A stretch of 64,000 bases of DNA. Source: Lama glama. Lineage: Eukaryota. Shown piece after piece: positions 50,075 to 62,274 of this stretch. The stretch spans positions 3,846,001-3,910,000 of the forward strand of contig CM052816.1 of NCBI GenBank assembly GCA_028534125.1. Reading direction: 5' to 3'. The notes beneath the pieces are model-generated. The model did not search any database, was not told the origin of the DNA, and was given only the letters and a program-made list of their open reading frames with translations. Numbering within the stretch: the first letter of the stretch is position 1; every line of letters begins with the position of its first letter. Both the position numbers and the translations under genes were made by a program.

Positions 50075-50648
50075 CATATTTCTTCCAACAATTAAATACA
50101 GAAGTAACATATGATCCAGCAGTTCCACATCTAGGATGGAAAGCAGAAACTCAAACAGATATCTGTACACAAATATTCAGAGCAAATTATGTGCAAGAGT
50201 CAAAAGGTGGAGATGACTCAAGTGTCCACTGATGGATGAATGGATAAACCAATGTGGTCTTTGCACATTACGGGACCTTATTCAGCCTTAAAAAGGAATG
50301 ACATTCTGACAGATGCTCCAACATCGATGAACCTTGAAGACATTACGTTAAGTAGAATAAGCCAGTCATAAAAGGGCAAATACTGTATTATCACACCTCG
50401 AGCAGTCGAATTTATAGCAACAGAAAGTAGAATGGTCGTTGCCAGGAACTGAGGGGAGAGGGAGATAGGGAGTTACTGTTTAATGGGCACAGAATTTCAG
50501 CTTGAGATGATGAAAAAGGTCTGGAGATAGATGGTGGTGATGGTCGCACGGCAGCGTGAATCTACTTAATGCCACTAAATTGTACACTGAGAAATGGTTA
50601 AAATGGTAAATTTTGTGTTATATGTAGTGTATCACAATGTTTTAAAAG
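50075..50648 (+). mobile_element. L1MB-like LINE-1 3' end
   Basis: CATATGATCCAGCAGTTCCAC..GTGTCCACTGATGGATGAATGGATAAAC..AGAAAGTAGAATGGTCGTTGCCAGG..TGTTTAATGGGCACAG..GATGGTGGTGATGG..AAATGGTTAAAATGGTAAATTTT. Confidence 0.88.
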
Positions 50649-51549
50649 GAGGAAAAGAAAACCATCAGCACTTAATTCCTTTGTACATCTCCACTAGATT
50701 GCAGGGCCCCAGGGAGGCAGAGACCGCATGTTTTGCTTACGATCATATTGCCAGGGCCCTGAACAGCGTCACACCTAGAAGGTTCTAGATAAATAAACAG
50801 ATCTACCAACCCTGACCCACTCCTGTGGGGTGATACCGCCCGTGGCTGCTTCTGTCACACAGCTGTGCTGTCAGACAACTGAGTCCTTGTCTCTCAGCTT
50901 TCTTTAGAGATGCCCTCTCTGCAGCTGTGCTAAGAAGAGCCCCGCCCAGCTTCCCCACCTTTCAGTCCTATCATCCAGTAAAAGAACGAGATGGGATATG
51001 CAGACTCTGCCTTACTGAATGGATACAGAACAGGTCATCTGTACTGAGAACCACTTATCACCCTAGAAGATAATAAAGCATCTTTAATTATTCAGCACTT
51101 TTCAAGATAGCCAGTGGACTCCAGTCCTGCCTGGTCAGGACCATCACCTAGAGCGCTTGTAAAAAGTGCACACTCTCTGGTATCATCCTCTTGATACCCG
51201 ATTTTGTAGGTCTAGGATGGGCGCTGGGAATCTGGATTTTGGTTTACTGGCTTGCTTAGCTGCTATGCAAGTAAGTTGAAAAATCTCTGCTCAAATGACT
51301 CGATGAGTATGTCTTGCTTCCCAGATGATAAGTTCCATGAGGGTAAGAAACGTGCTTGATATATTTTCTATGTCACCTGTAGCATCTCAGAGATTAGGAA
51401 GCACTGAGTTGAGTGATTAATATAGCTGTGAGTGTATAACAGCCCCCAGTGCTGGGTTGTCCGCCAGCTGCTTCAGCCATCCCACCATCGCAAATCTAAA
51501 GACTGCAATGCAGCTCTTCACTCTAATGCAGCAAAATATATAAATAAAA

Positions 51550-51588
51550 GTATATATACGTATGTATATATATATATACATACACACA
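51550..51588. repeat. Imperfect (TA)n/(CA)n microsatellite
   Basis: GTATATATACGTATGTATATATATATATACATACACAC. Confidence 0.8.
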
Positions 51589-52208
51589 TGCATTGCCTTT
51601 CAGAGCAACATTAGCAAGAGCTGACTTTTCCTTTAGGCCCACATCTGTTCTTTCCAGTACTCGTAACTCAGCAGACTTATGAAGAACACATTTCAAATCA
51701 CAGAAGAGAGTCCAAGAGGCAAAAAGCTGCATGCTGTCAGGGCCAAGCAATGTGTGTTTGAACTAGAACATCTGCAGAGCCCAAGTGTCCGAGCGGCTTT
51801 ACACAATAATAATGTCAATGATTTGAGTTCTAAACCAGAACTTTTCCAGGCAACGCAGGTTGTGCTCAAGCCCATTTTATAACTAGGAGACCACTGTGCT
51901 ATTTTGTAATAGTCTACCTCCAAATTTTGATTTACTCCATCCTTATAATTTTAGAATGAGGCCTGTATCTTACTACTAGCAACACATTATTTGTGCTTCG
52001 AGTAATTCTTTGCCCAGATATCCCTTCCATAATGTGGGGGCATTAACTTGTAATCCACGGACAGTTGAGTCTGAACTTGGTCAGCATAACCCAAAGTCAG
52101 ACAGAATTCTAGGTTTAAGATGACCTTTAGTTAAACATTTTCGGGAAATGGTGAAAACAGTTATCTTTTCTCTGAGGGTCAAAAACACTGCCCCCTCCCG
52201 CCCCGCCA

Positions 52209-52392
52209 CAGTGGTTCTCAAAGTACAGTCACTGGATGGTCACATTGGCACCACTTGGGAACTTGCTAAAAATGCGAAAGCTCAGGCCCACCCCAAGCCC
52301 ACTAACCAGGAGCTCGGGGCGTGGCGTCCAGTGACCTGTGTTCTAACAGTCCTCCAGGTAGATGGATGCATGCTCGACTCTGAGAACCACTG
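52209..52392. mobile_element. MER5A (hAT-Charlie) DNA transposon
   Basis: Perfect 12-bp terminal inverted repeats CAGTGGTTCTCA / TGAGAACCACTG and a body CACTTGGGAACTTGCTAAAAATGC..CTCAGGCCCACCCC..CTGTGTTCTAACA..CTCCAGGT. Confidence 0.88.
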
Positions 52393-52929
52393 TGCTACCA
52401 AACTAATGGTGTGAGAAGGCCTGCAGAAATGAGAGCTGCTTACTGAAAGCAGTATTAGCCAAACACGCTGGCCCCTCTGCCCCCTTTTCATGTAACATCT
52501 ATCAACTTCTATGAAGCCTACAGCGGATAAGATACATGTTAGAAATTGCTATACCAGATTGTGAAAAATCAAAAAATATATGACACGATCCCTTCCTCCT
52601 CAGGATGTACTGTCTAGTGTGGAAGACAGGTAAACAATGAACGTGTGGAGAAAGTTAGGTATGAAGTCCACATATTGTGTCAGAACTTTGCCCCACACTG
52701 TGAGGGCAAAGCAAGAGGGCCAATGGGCGATTCAACACGACTGGGCTCATCAGTTTGCTTTTTGCAAGCTCCTCTCCTCCCTGTCCTGTCTTTGCAGCCT
52801 TGGCCAAGGGGGCTAAAGCGCCTGCCTCTAGCAGATACAATCAAACTACTTTACTCAGACCTGCTTTTAGGGAGTCCCCAGACACGAGGGCTTCAGAAAG
52901 GCCGTGGTCATCACTGAGGATGGCGCTCC

Positions 52930-53258
52930 AGTCAATGTTTGTGTCCCCAAAATTCGTATGTTGAAAGCCCTACCCCCAAAGATGGTATCAGTAGCTGGGG
53001 CCTTTGAGAGGTGCTTGAATGGGACTAGGCTCTTTTAAAAGAGACTCCACAGAGAGCTCTTGCCCTTTCCATCACCAGAGGACGCAGTGGGAAGCCGGCC
53101 GGATGTGTCCTGGGAGAGGGCTGTCACCAGATACTGAATCTGCTGGCACCAGGACCCTGGACCTCCGAGCCTCCAGACGGGGGAGGAATCAATCCCTGCT
53201 GTTTCTAAGCCGCCCACGCTGTGATACTGTTACAGCGGCCAGAGAGCCGCCGCACACA
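52930..53258 (+). mobile_element. MaLR solo LTR (MLT1A0-like)
   Basis: AATGTTTGTGTCCCCAAAATTCGTATGTTGAAA..GGGCCTTTGAGAGGTG..TCACCAGATACTGAATCTGCTGGCACC..GCCTCCAGA..CTGTTTCTAAGCC..TGTTACAGCGGCC. Confidence 0.85.
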
Positions 53259-53680
53259 CGCTCACGGAGCCTTGTTCCTTCTTACGTCCTTGCCACTCAC
53301 TGGGGCTTCCAAGCCTCCAAAGCCGGGCCTCGGTGCCGTGAGCCTGCTCCATGTAATGCAGACGAGTTTTCGGGAACTGATGAAAGAGAAAGATATTGCT
53401 GCTACAAAGACAACAGCCCCGACCTGCACCTTAAGAAATCTACAGCCAAGTCATATGACCAAGTTCAGTGAGCTTCACAGCAGGGCACTTCGTCGGCGGT
53501 GTTCAGTGACATAGTTCCAGACTACAGATCAGTGCCTGACGCGTGGTAGGTGCCAGCCAAGTATCTGTCTTTTGGGGTTCAGCAAACCCTCTGTGTCATT
53601 CTTATTCTGACAGATGTGTTAATCAGAGGAGGCTAATGTTTAAAACAGTGTTAAAATATGTAAAAGCTCAAATACGCAGA

Positions 53681-53870
53681 GGAGAGCTATCCCATAGAAC
53701 TCTCTGCAGTACTGGAAATGTTCTTTATGTGTGTGGTCCGGTATGACAGCCACTAACTAGCCACCCGCAGCTACCAAATACTTGAAATGTGACTAGTGTG
53801 ACTGGGGGACTGGAATTTTCATTTTAATTAATTAAAATAGCCATCTGTGTCTACCATATCAGACAGTTCA
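53681..53870. mobile_element. MER3 (hAT-Charlie) DNA transposon
   Basis: CATAGAACTCTCTGCAGT..GGAAATGTTCT..AGCCACTA..CTTGAAATGTGACTAGTGTGACTG..TTAATTAATT..AAATAGCCA..CTACCATA. Confidence 0.8.
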
Positions 53871-55235
53871 CCAAGAGACCCAGACTCATGGGTGCTTGAC
53901 CACCCTCAGTAGATGGCGTTCAAGGTCACCCTGGACATCCTCTATCCAGCCAGCTGGAAGAGAAAAAGAACTTGGAAAAGTGTGGGCAGGGCCAGATGTG
54001 TACGTGGTAAACAGTATTGGTATTTATGACCCATGAGTAAGAACTGGTCACATGGTCACAACCAGATGCAAGAGCGTTTGGGGAACTTAGTCCTGGGTGT
54101 GCAGCCACCCACCGTCAACAACTCCATGTCACGGAAAGGGAGGTACGGAGCGTTTTAGTCAACAGCCAGCAATCACTTTCGCACAGAGCTACGAAGAAAG
54201 ATGATTTTCTAGGATCCTCTATTACCTCCTCCTCTCCCATCAACCCTAGTCATTGAGCATCAGAGTTAGGTACAAACTGATAGATCATTTCAGTCTGCTG
54301 TCAATCATCAGACGTTCAGGCTGTTCGTGCTACAAGGTCCCTTGTGACAGGCCCTGCTATTCCAAACAGGCTCCCCAAGAAACCTCCGGGGAGGCCTGCT
54401 CTGTCTCACCTCACCCTTCACTGTGGTTTTTCTGTTTCCTTTTCCCTTCAAATCAAACTGAACTGCATTCTCTCTGAGAGCCTGGCTGGATGATGGTATT
54501 AATCTGATTAATACTTGCATGTGAGTAAGAACACCCACAGTCCTCTCACTTGACACTGTCACGTCTCCCCGATGACACGGCTGCATGCTAAACTAAGGAT
54601 ACGCATGCCAGAGCAGAAGGAACGGCTGATAAGGAAAGCTCACGCAGGGCCCTGGGGGAGATATCAATCTACCCAGGAGGGCCAGCTCTCAGAAGTCCTG
54701 GAACATTTGTAAAAAGGGGTTAAAAAGGTTTGATTGTTGGCTGAAAAGAGCAAGGGCACTGTGTTAATAATCCTTCCTCTGCTGGCCTCAGGGCAGATTC
54801 CAAACCAGTTCTCCACAGGCAGGAGAGGACAGTCGCCCAGAAACTCAGGGAGGGGCTCCTGCCCTGGGTTAGGAGTTGTCAGAAATCACTTGGCCCTGCT
54901 TCATGGGAACTCTGCATGTGAAACGTCAGTCACTTTCCTGGCAATGGCTTGCATACTATTTTGGGGAGGGTTCCATCTTGCTGGTTAACTTATCTTGTGT
55001 TTGAGTCTTGCCTCTCCATAGACTCTCAACTGTCAGGAGAGGCAGGCACCCCATTCAAGTACGTCAGTTCAAACTCTGAAGCACTAAGCACTGTGTCTGG
55101 GGGGCCACGACACACAGTGGAGATATACCTGCCCAGTTTGGCCAGCAGGGACCACACAGATCTGAGCTCCTGGCTGCGTGGCCTCTCTTTTGCAAATCTC
55201 TTTTGCTCTCTGAACTTAGGATTTAACTTCTAAAA

Positions 55236-55443
55236 TAGAGGTTAGCCAACTACAGCCTGCGGGTCAGTTCAGGGTTGTGGCCTGTTTTTGTACAACTTGT
55301 GGGCTAACAACTGTTTTCCCCATTTTTAAGGGTTTACAAAAAACAAAACAAAGAAGAATACGCACCTGAAACCATATACAGGCCTCATAAGCTTAAAATT
55401 TTTACTATCTGGTCCTTTACAGAAAATGTTTGCCAGTCCCCTG
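55236..55443 (+). mobile_element. MER58 (B/C-like) hAT-Charlie transposon
   Basis: AGAGGTTAGCCAACTACAGCCTGCGGG..GCCTGTTTTTGTAC..AAAATTTTTACTATCTGGTCCTTTACAGAAAATGTTTGCCAGTCCCCTG. Confidence 0.8.
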
Positions 55444-55739
55444 CTCCCAAAAGAAGACAATAAACTAGAACACATGTTTTTGTTCTTTTAAACAGTGTTC
55501 ACTCCTCTTCCTCTAAAGGAACCATCTCTCTAAAGAATTTACAGGGAGTCCAGATAGTGAACATATAACCCAGGTGCCAAGCCACTCAGGCTGATACAGG
55601 GGTGGGAACTTGGTCAACAGCCTTCCCTCTGGCCTCCTTGGCAAACCCCTCAGGCTCCTGTAGGACAGTTTGAAAGCCTCAGATAAAAGTGATCAGTAAA
55701 TCCTTTTTTTTTTGGCCCAGATATTCTTTGTTCTGGAGA

Positions 55740-55980
55740 CTTAGTAGAGCTTGGTGGTTAGTTGTTAAGCTTAAGAGTCAGATTATTTCTCCTTTAACCT
55801 ACAGACAATGGTAAGTTACTTAACCTCTCTATACCTCAGTTACCTCAAAAGAGGAAGAATCATAAGCATGACCTACATCTAGGGTTGCAGTGAAAGTCAA
55901 AGGGAATATAACATATGGACAGCATTTAGCAGGTCTGGCAACATTAAGACATCAGTCAATGGAAGTTATCATTGCTGCTG
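55740..55980 (+). mobile_element. MIR SINE
   Basis: GGTAAGTTACTTAACCTCTCTATACCTCAGTT..ACCTAC..AGGGTTG..AGCATTTAGCA. Confidence 0.65.
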
Positions 55981-57060
55981 GGAGAACACACTCTTCCTTT
56001 TTCTGTCTCTCACATATGCCTGCCTCTTGAAACAGCTTCAACCATACTGCCCAGAGGTCAACAAGTCCCATACCGTAAAGTACCCTACTGTGCTCCACAC
56101 TGGGGAACACTCAATACATATTAACCAATCAGTACTCTTGGCAAAGGGCTCAGCATCCCACAGTTGAGAAGCCCAACAAGGGTATGAAATATTTCCCCTG
56201 AATCTCCCTCCATCGCCCTGCTTACCTAAGCCCCAAACCCTCCCGGTACCCTCTGCACTGCAGTAATAAAAACATACACAAAATCATGTATCTAAATAAA
56301 ATATTTTGCTGCTAATGAGAGGCAACCCAGCAGTTTTCTCATCACTCCAGTGACAAGTGTATGCGCTCTACAATTGCAGTCGAAATATTTTTGCTATTTT
56401 CATGATTTCCTTGGCTTCCGTCCTGAGGAATTAATCATTTTTACAGCACTGGGAAGAAGCTGAGAAATCGCAGGCAAGACTGAATGACATGATAGTGTGC
56501 ATTCTCTTCGCCCACGCCAAAGCACTCTCTGTGCATGAAATTAAATCATTCCGGGGAAAATGTCTTGCTGTGGTTGGGAAAGTAGGCAAGCGTAACTCCT
56601 CCAAGGCTCTTGCTTCCTGGGAAGTGTTCAGTTGGTTAGGTAGGATGACTTCAGTTCTTTTGAGTTTCACAAATCCTAGGTGAAGAAATAGGAGCATCCT
56701 CCAGGTCCTGAGGATATGTCCAAGTTAAAGTCATGGCATCATTGGGTTGGCAGGAAGGAGTAGCTCTGGCAGACCAACTAAGGTTATAACTGAAAGACCC
56801 CATTTGGAGTCAGCCAATTTGATAATTTGATGGAGAAGAGGCTCTAGAGATCACCCAGTCTATCTCCTCCCTTTGCAAGTGCAGAAGCTGTAATCCCACT
56901 GGCTTTGGAGATGGACACACATGGACTTAAGACTCTGCCTCTTGCTCCCAAATCACCTAACCTCAGTTCATTTCTGCAAATGTTAGTGTGCCTTCTTCAC
57001 AGGGATATTAAGAGAATAAGAAGTACAATTTAGCCCAGGGCTTAGTACGTGATGAAAGAC

Positions 57061-57563
57061 TGAATATACAAATGGCCAGATCATATACACCAAGAGAACT
57101 CTGACCTGCCATCACAGTGACCTGCCCAAGGCTTCACAATCAACCACCCAGGAAGTCAGCCCCGCTTTAAGTCAGATTTCTAGGAAGTCAGATTGCTATG
57201 TCTAGTGATAATGCAAGAGGCTAAACAATAGCTTCCTTAACAACCAGCTCCAGATGGCCAGGACTTAATAGTTGACAGCTTCCCTCATTTTGTCCCCATT
57301 TCCAGCTTAGAACAAATCAAAGAAAGCCAAATAAGCTTCCTTAACCTACCGCACAGATGCCCCACTTCTAGTTAGTCTGCCTGCAACTTCCCCCGGGCCA
57401 AAAGCCTCCAAAGCAGGGGTGCCTGATGCCTTTCTACTCCTCTGCCTGCCTTTGAGTCTCTGCCTAAGCACAGGTGATGGTGGCCAACCCCCTTGCCGCA
57501 GCGAGCCCTGAATAACTAGCCTTCACAGGCGCTCATTTGGTAGGTCTTCCTTTACGTCCGCAA
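57061..57563 (+). mobile_element. Old ERV1 solo LTR (MER89/MER90/MER110-like)
   Basis: GCCAGATCATATAC..AGAACTCTGACC..GATGGCCAGGACTT..GAAAGCCAAATA..GCCCCACTTCTAGTTAG..CTGCCTGCCTTTGAGTCTCTGCC..TGAATAA..CTCATTTGG. Confidence 0.65.
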
Positions 57564-57812
57564 TGTACACGCACCTACCCTGTGCAATCACACGCATGCT
57601 GTTTTACAGTGAAGAAAGAGAAGACAATCCTCTGGAAAGACAGTGCTGTGATTTTCAATCCACGGATAAAGCCAGTTAATAAAGAAGTAATCACCATGGT
57701 GTGATCACTCAAGCTTGTCCTATCCAAGAGGAATTCTAAAAAGGACTACCTTTGTAGAGCGTTGAACTTCCAAGAGCTTGCCCAGCTGTTCCCTCATTTG
57801 CTCACCAACTTT

Positions 57813-57999
57813 GTTTTTTGTTTTTTTTGTTTTGTTTTGTTTTGTTTTTTTGCTTTTTATCGGTTTTTGTCTGTTTGGGGGGGAGGTAATTAAGTTTATT
57901 ACCTATTCTTATTACTTTTTAATGGAGGTACTGGGGACTGAACCCAGGACCTTGGGCATGCTAAGCAGGCACTCTACCACTGAGCTACACCCTTCCCCC
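57813..57999 (-). mobile_element. vic-1-like tRNA-derived SINE with a perfect 14-bp TSD
   Basis: Full head (GGAGGTACTGGGGACTGAACCCAGGACC..CTCTACCACTGAGCTACACCC), (GTTTT)n tail, and TSD TGCTCACCAACTTT at 57799-57812 and 58000-58013. Confidence 0.93.
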
Positions 58000-58029
58000 T
58001 GCTCACCAACTTTACATATGGAGCAGAAG

Positions 58030-58297
58030 CCGGGGTGACTGCTCCATTAAGTACGGCAGGCACAAAGCCAAGGGCCCACAATACTTGTAAAGGTCTGCAA
58101 AAATGGTTTCCTTTCTTTTAAAATCAGAAGGAAAAAGATGAGCTTTTAGGTGGAAGAAAATAATTTATATATATTATTAGCATATTGGTTTATATACCAA
58201 CACTGTTGCCAAATGTAATTTTAATGCGTTTCTGTGGATGAAGGAGCCCACAAAAGCACTAGTGCCTGGAGTCCTCAAAAGTCATGGCATGGCCCTG
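58030..58297 (+). mobile_element. ORSL-like hAT-Tip100 MITE
   Basis: AGGCACA..AGGGCCCACAATACT..TTTTAAAATCAGAAG..TATACCAAC..AGTGCCTGG..AAAGTCATGGCATGGCCCTG. Confidence 0.65.
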
Positions 58298-58629
58298 GTC
58301 AGAGGCAATATGTGTCCTTTTTGTGGATAAGTAAAGCAAGGGTCACTCTCACTTATTAATTTCAGGCCCTCTGCCCACTCATAATCTCTCTTCTATGCTC
58401 TGGTGATTCACACATTGGTCTTGCAGGTATTGTCCGATGCTCTGACCCTTTGAATTCATTCTTTCTGTAGCTATCAAAGCTAATATACTCAACGTACAGA
58501 AGAGATCATTACCCAACTTGTAAAATTGTTTAAAAAGTTTGTTGGCCTCCTACTACTATTAGGATCACAGTCTGGTCTGAATTTATAATTTGGTTTCACC
58601 CACTACTGCCACGCCTAGAAGTTCCCCAT

Positions 58630-58970
58630 CCTTGATTCCAGCCTGACTACAGCTATCAACTATCAACCTGACTTCACTGAACTCAGAGCTGGGAAGACAT
58701 GCATGGGGTATGCCATTATGCTATGTAGTATTTCCACTCTACAGATGCCATAGTCTAAATATCCTCAAGAACATAAATAGCCACACAATGTAGTGAACAT
58801 GATTAAGAAGTGATGATTTTAAGTACTTATTACCTTTATTTTAATAAATTTGTTTAAATGCACATTTATAATTTCATTTTAACAATGCATTTAGTAACTG
58901 ACTCAATTGGAAAAATTCCTGAAAATTTAAAGATCGGCTCTCATGAACCAGTACAAGCTGTCTCTGGTTC
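58630..58970 (+). mobile_element. MER63-like hAT DNA transposon remnant
   Basis: GTAGTATTTCCAC..ACAGAT..ATTAAGAAGTGATGA..AGTACTTATTACCTTT..AAAATTCCTGAAAATTTAA..TCGGCTCTCATGAACCAGTACAAGC. Confidence 0.6.
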
Positions 58971-59159
58971 CCCCAGAGAGAGCATGTAGCCTAGGGATTC
59001 TGTGAAAACAAACACCCCTGACACTTGGGAGTTTAGATCAACAACAGAGTAAAGGCACTGCTTAGATGATATTTCATGATTCAGGCAGGTCTTCCCTGTC
59101 CCTGTCCTGGTCTTCTTTGTGACATGTCCCTTCTGTCATATGTGTCCAGTGCATCCCTG

Positions 59160-59265
59160 TCCCACCAGACTGTAGGCTCTACGAGGTAGAAAACCTTGTT
59201 TATTCCTCACTGCTGTATTTCTGGTGTCAGGGACTCAATAAATATTTGCTGAACGTGCGGATGAA
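59160..59265 (+). mobile_element. L2 3' end
   Basis: CCACCAGACTGTAGGCTC..TTATTCCTCACTGCTGTAT..ACTCAATAAATATTTGCTGAA. Confidence 0.65.
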
Positions 59266-59699
59266 GTAAATCTGTGAATATCGTGTTGACATTAATCACT
59301 TTCATGTGGAAATGATGGTGGTAATGTTGTAAGATGGGTGTCAAGTGACACAGGGTTTGAAACAGGAACCATAAAAGGGTACATCTTCACTCAGGGTGAC
59401 CTAATGTTGCCTGCATTTGAGAAATCCTTGAGAATCCACACAGTATTTGTGCTCTCAAAGGACCAAGGTTGCAAGTAGGGACCCATTACCATGCTTTTTC
59501 GAACAGTTTATATAAAGCCCTAGATGTTAACTATGAACTAAAAAGAAGTACAGCAAATAATCACTTAATAAGTAAACTACAGCGGTACTGCACAAAACAT
59601 TATTCTCATCTACAGTTTAAGAAAAAAGGCTCCTCAAAGAACGTATTAAACTTGAATTTCTTTTTTTTTTTTGCCCTTGTGTAATTTCCAAAAAAAGTA

Positions 59700-59900
59700 A
59701 CAGTCACAGGCATAGATAGCACATTACTACATGCCAGGCACTGTTAACTCATTCAGTCACATGACAACCCTCTAACGTATGGGTTGTTGTTATCAGAAGG
59801 AAACTGAGACACAAGGAATTTAAATAACTTGCCCAAGGTCACATAGTTCGAACGTAATGGCAGTCTGGCTCCAGAGGATCTGCTCTTAATCATCACGCTG
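59700..59900 (-). mobile_element. MIR SINE
   Basis: TACTACATGCCAGGCACTGT..GGAAACTGAGACACA..TAAATAACTTGCCCAAGGTCACATAG..CAGTCTGGCTCCAGAG..CTCTTAA. Confidence 0.75.
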
Positions 59901-62274
59901 TAGTACAACTGACAACACAAACAATGTCCAGAATGTCGAGAAATGTCCTTGGAGCTTTATCCTTCTGGAATTGGTCCCAGTTGCCATAAGCAAGAGTTTT
60001 AATCTTCTTAGAAGATGTCTGGGGTAGTCATCCGGGCTCTGGATGAGATGAGGGACAACCCTAGTTTGGGGACATAAGGAATGTCTCCTCTCACCAGTGG
60101 AAGATCAGGAATTCCTGCCAGCTGCCTACCTTCAGGCAGACCCTTTGGGACATCATTTCAAACGGAGATATGTTTTGCAGGAGAAAGAGTTTGTTGAGCC
60201 TCCCAGAGTAGGTAGCCAACAGAGGACCATGAGAATAAGATAAAAGGGAAGGTTATCTTTGGAGGGATTTGGGAAGAGAAAGCTTCAGAAATTTGTGCCT
60301 CTTCAAATATTTATTTGAGTGTTCGTGTGCATGCATTTGGGGCAGAGGGTGGTGGGAACGTACAAGCACTGTGACAGGCTCACTCTGGATAGGCGTCTTA
60401 ACTTCCTTCCTCCCTCTCCCATGCCCACAACAAAGTCAACATTTCAGGTATGTACATGTGATGCAATTTTAGTAAATGCACAGATAACATGGATTTTTAC
60501 AAAGCTAGCACTGGGATTTCTGGTTTCAATAAAATAATATCTATACTAGGTTTTCATTTTCAGAAATACTTGGGGAGATATTTAAAACACAAACAGAGCT
60601 CCATCATTCCTTTACAGTTGCTAAAAGTTAAAGTAACTGAAGAAACTGGAGGAACTGGTCTAATTAACTGATCTCAACTCCTAGCTGTATTTTAATGTAG
60701 CCCATGCATAGATTCTGGCACCATAAGGTCTTCAAGCTACCAAATTTAAGATCAATTTGTAGGAGAAACAGCAATCAGTCATTAATTGATTTCTGATTCT
60801 TTCCAGCTTCAAATTAAAGGACACCTCCAGGCCCCAGCAAATAAAATTATGATCAGTGATTGGGTGTATCTGATAGCGATTTGATTGTGGTCCTTATCAG
60901 TCTACTAGGTTTGCCAGAGACTGCCGCTTGCTTGGCACCTGGTCATGGAATCAGTCTGCCTTCCGTATTTAATCCATTGTTTGTCTTTCTGTTAAAGAAC
61001 CAGTGTCCATAGCACAAACAGAGAGGTTCAAGGATACTATCACCAGGAGGCTTTGTAAAAGAGCAAACAGCTCTTCTGCTTACAGTATCTCAACAGCCAC
61101 CTCACCTTTCTATCACACAATTGCTTCTGATGGTAATTCAGCATCGCAGGTTGGTGGTGCTGTCAACGAAAAGTGCATTCACTCCAAAATTTAAATATGA
61201 CTTCTTTGTAGACTCAGAATGCGAAATCCAACTTACATAGCTCTTACCTAGCTAGACAATCCATTGATTTCCACCGACCATGAAAAGATGACTTGGCACA
61301 ACTTGGTACCTTTGAGTCTTACTTAGAATCTCTCTCCCTTTTCTCCTTCTTTTGTAAGAAGAAGAGTTAGAATGAAAAGGGCAGAGCACAAGAGCTGGAG
61401 TTAAAGGAATCTTTGCCCTCAGAGACATCAAAATTGATGAGGTCCGTTTTAGACTTAATATGAAGACGGGCAATGGGAAACTAGCGTCCTGCGCCATTAT
61501 ATTTGCTTCGTGCCGAAGTCAGTGCTTATTTCTCCCTCATCATGTGCATTCTCCCAAGTAAGGATATTTTTCTTGGGATTGTTCTGGGGCCCCTTTTTTG
61601 GTTATGGAACATGTCTTTGCTTTCCAACATCTCGGAAAATTATTTAGCGACGGTACTCTACACCAAACAATAATTCTGCTTTTATAAAGCAATGTCATGC
61701 TTCAACATCTATTCTTCATCTGCTAAGACAGAGTTAGCAAAGAACATTTCATCTTCAGCTGGGCCCTGTTAGTCCTTCAACTCAGCTTATAGGTGCAATA
61801 CATCATGCCTGGCGGCCCTCTGGTATTGTATAGGCTCCCAATGCATAACCTGAATTAGCAAGGAAATGACATATTTATATAGCAATTAAAAGTATGTTTA
61901 GCGTTCCCTGAGGTGCCACCCCTCCCAATTATTTAAGCTAAAAGCACATTCATCATCGGCAGGGTGCAGTGCAACAGACACAGCGGTTGTTTCTGAGTCC
62001 AATGCTTAACACCGCACGAGGGAATGGAATCTGAGTTTCCACGACCTTGACCTGTCTCCACACAGATTACACTTCCACTTAAACAAAGAACACTCTTCTT
62101 TTAAACGACATCATTTGGAGCTGTCACGCATCCAAATGCATGCAGCTCATGGGCTTTCGTGTTCCCTACTTCACAATAAGATCATTTATTACGGAGCATG
62201 AACAAGAAGGAAAGGGAAGGCAAGCTCGTTCCCAAAGGTCTTTTTTTTTTCCCCTCTGTAAAACTATTTATTTG

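Noticed and set aside
53019..53471. Longest non-gap ORF (150 aa)
   Set aside because: It lies largely in an MLT1A LTR and a GC-rich patch where stops are rarer, and it has no recognisable domain.
61225..61330. Minus-strand splice donors (ACTTAC, CTTACC) suggesting an exon
   Set aside because: I found no convincing matching acceptor or recognisable peptide. Short exons cannot be excluded without RNA or homology data.
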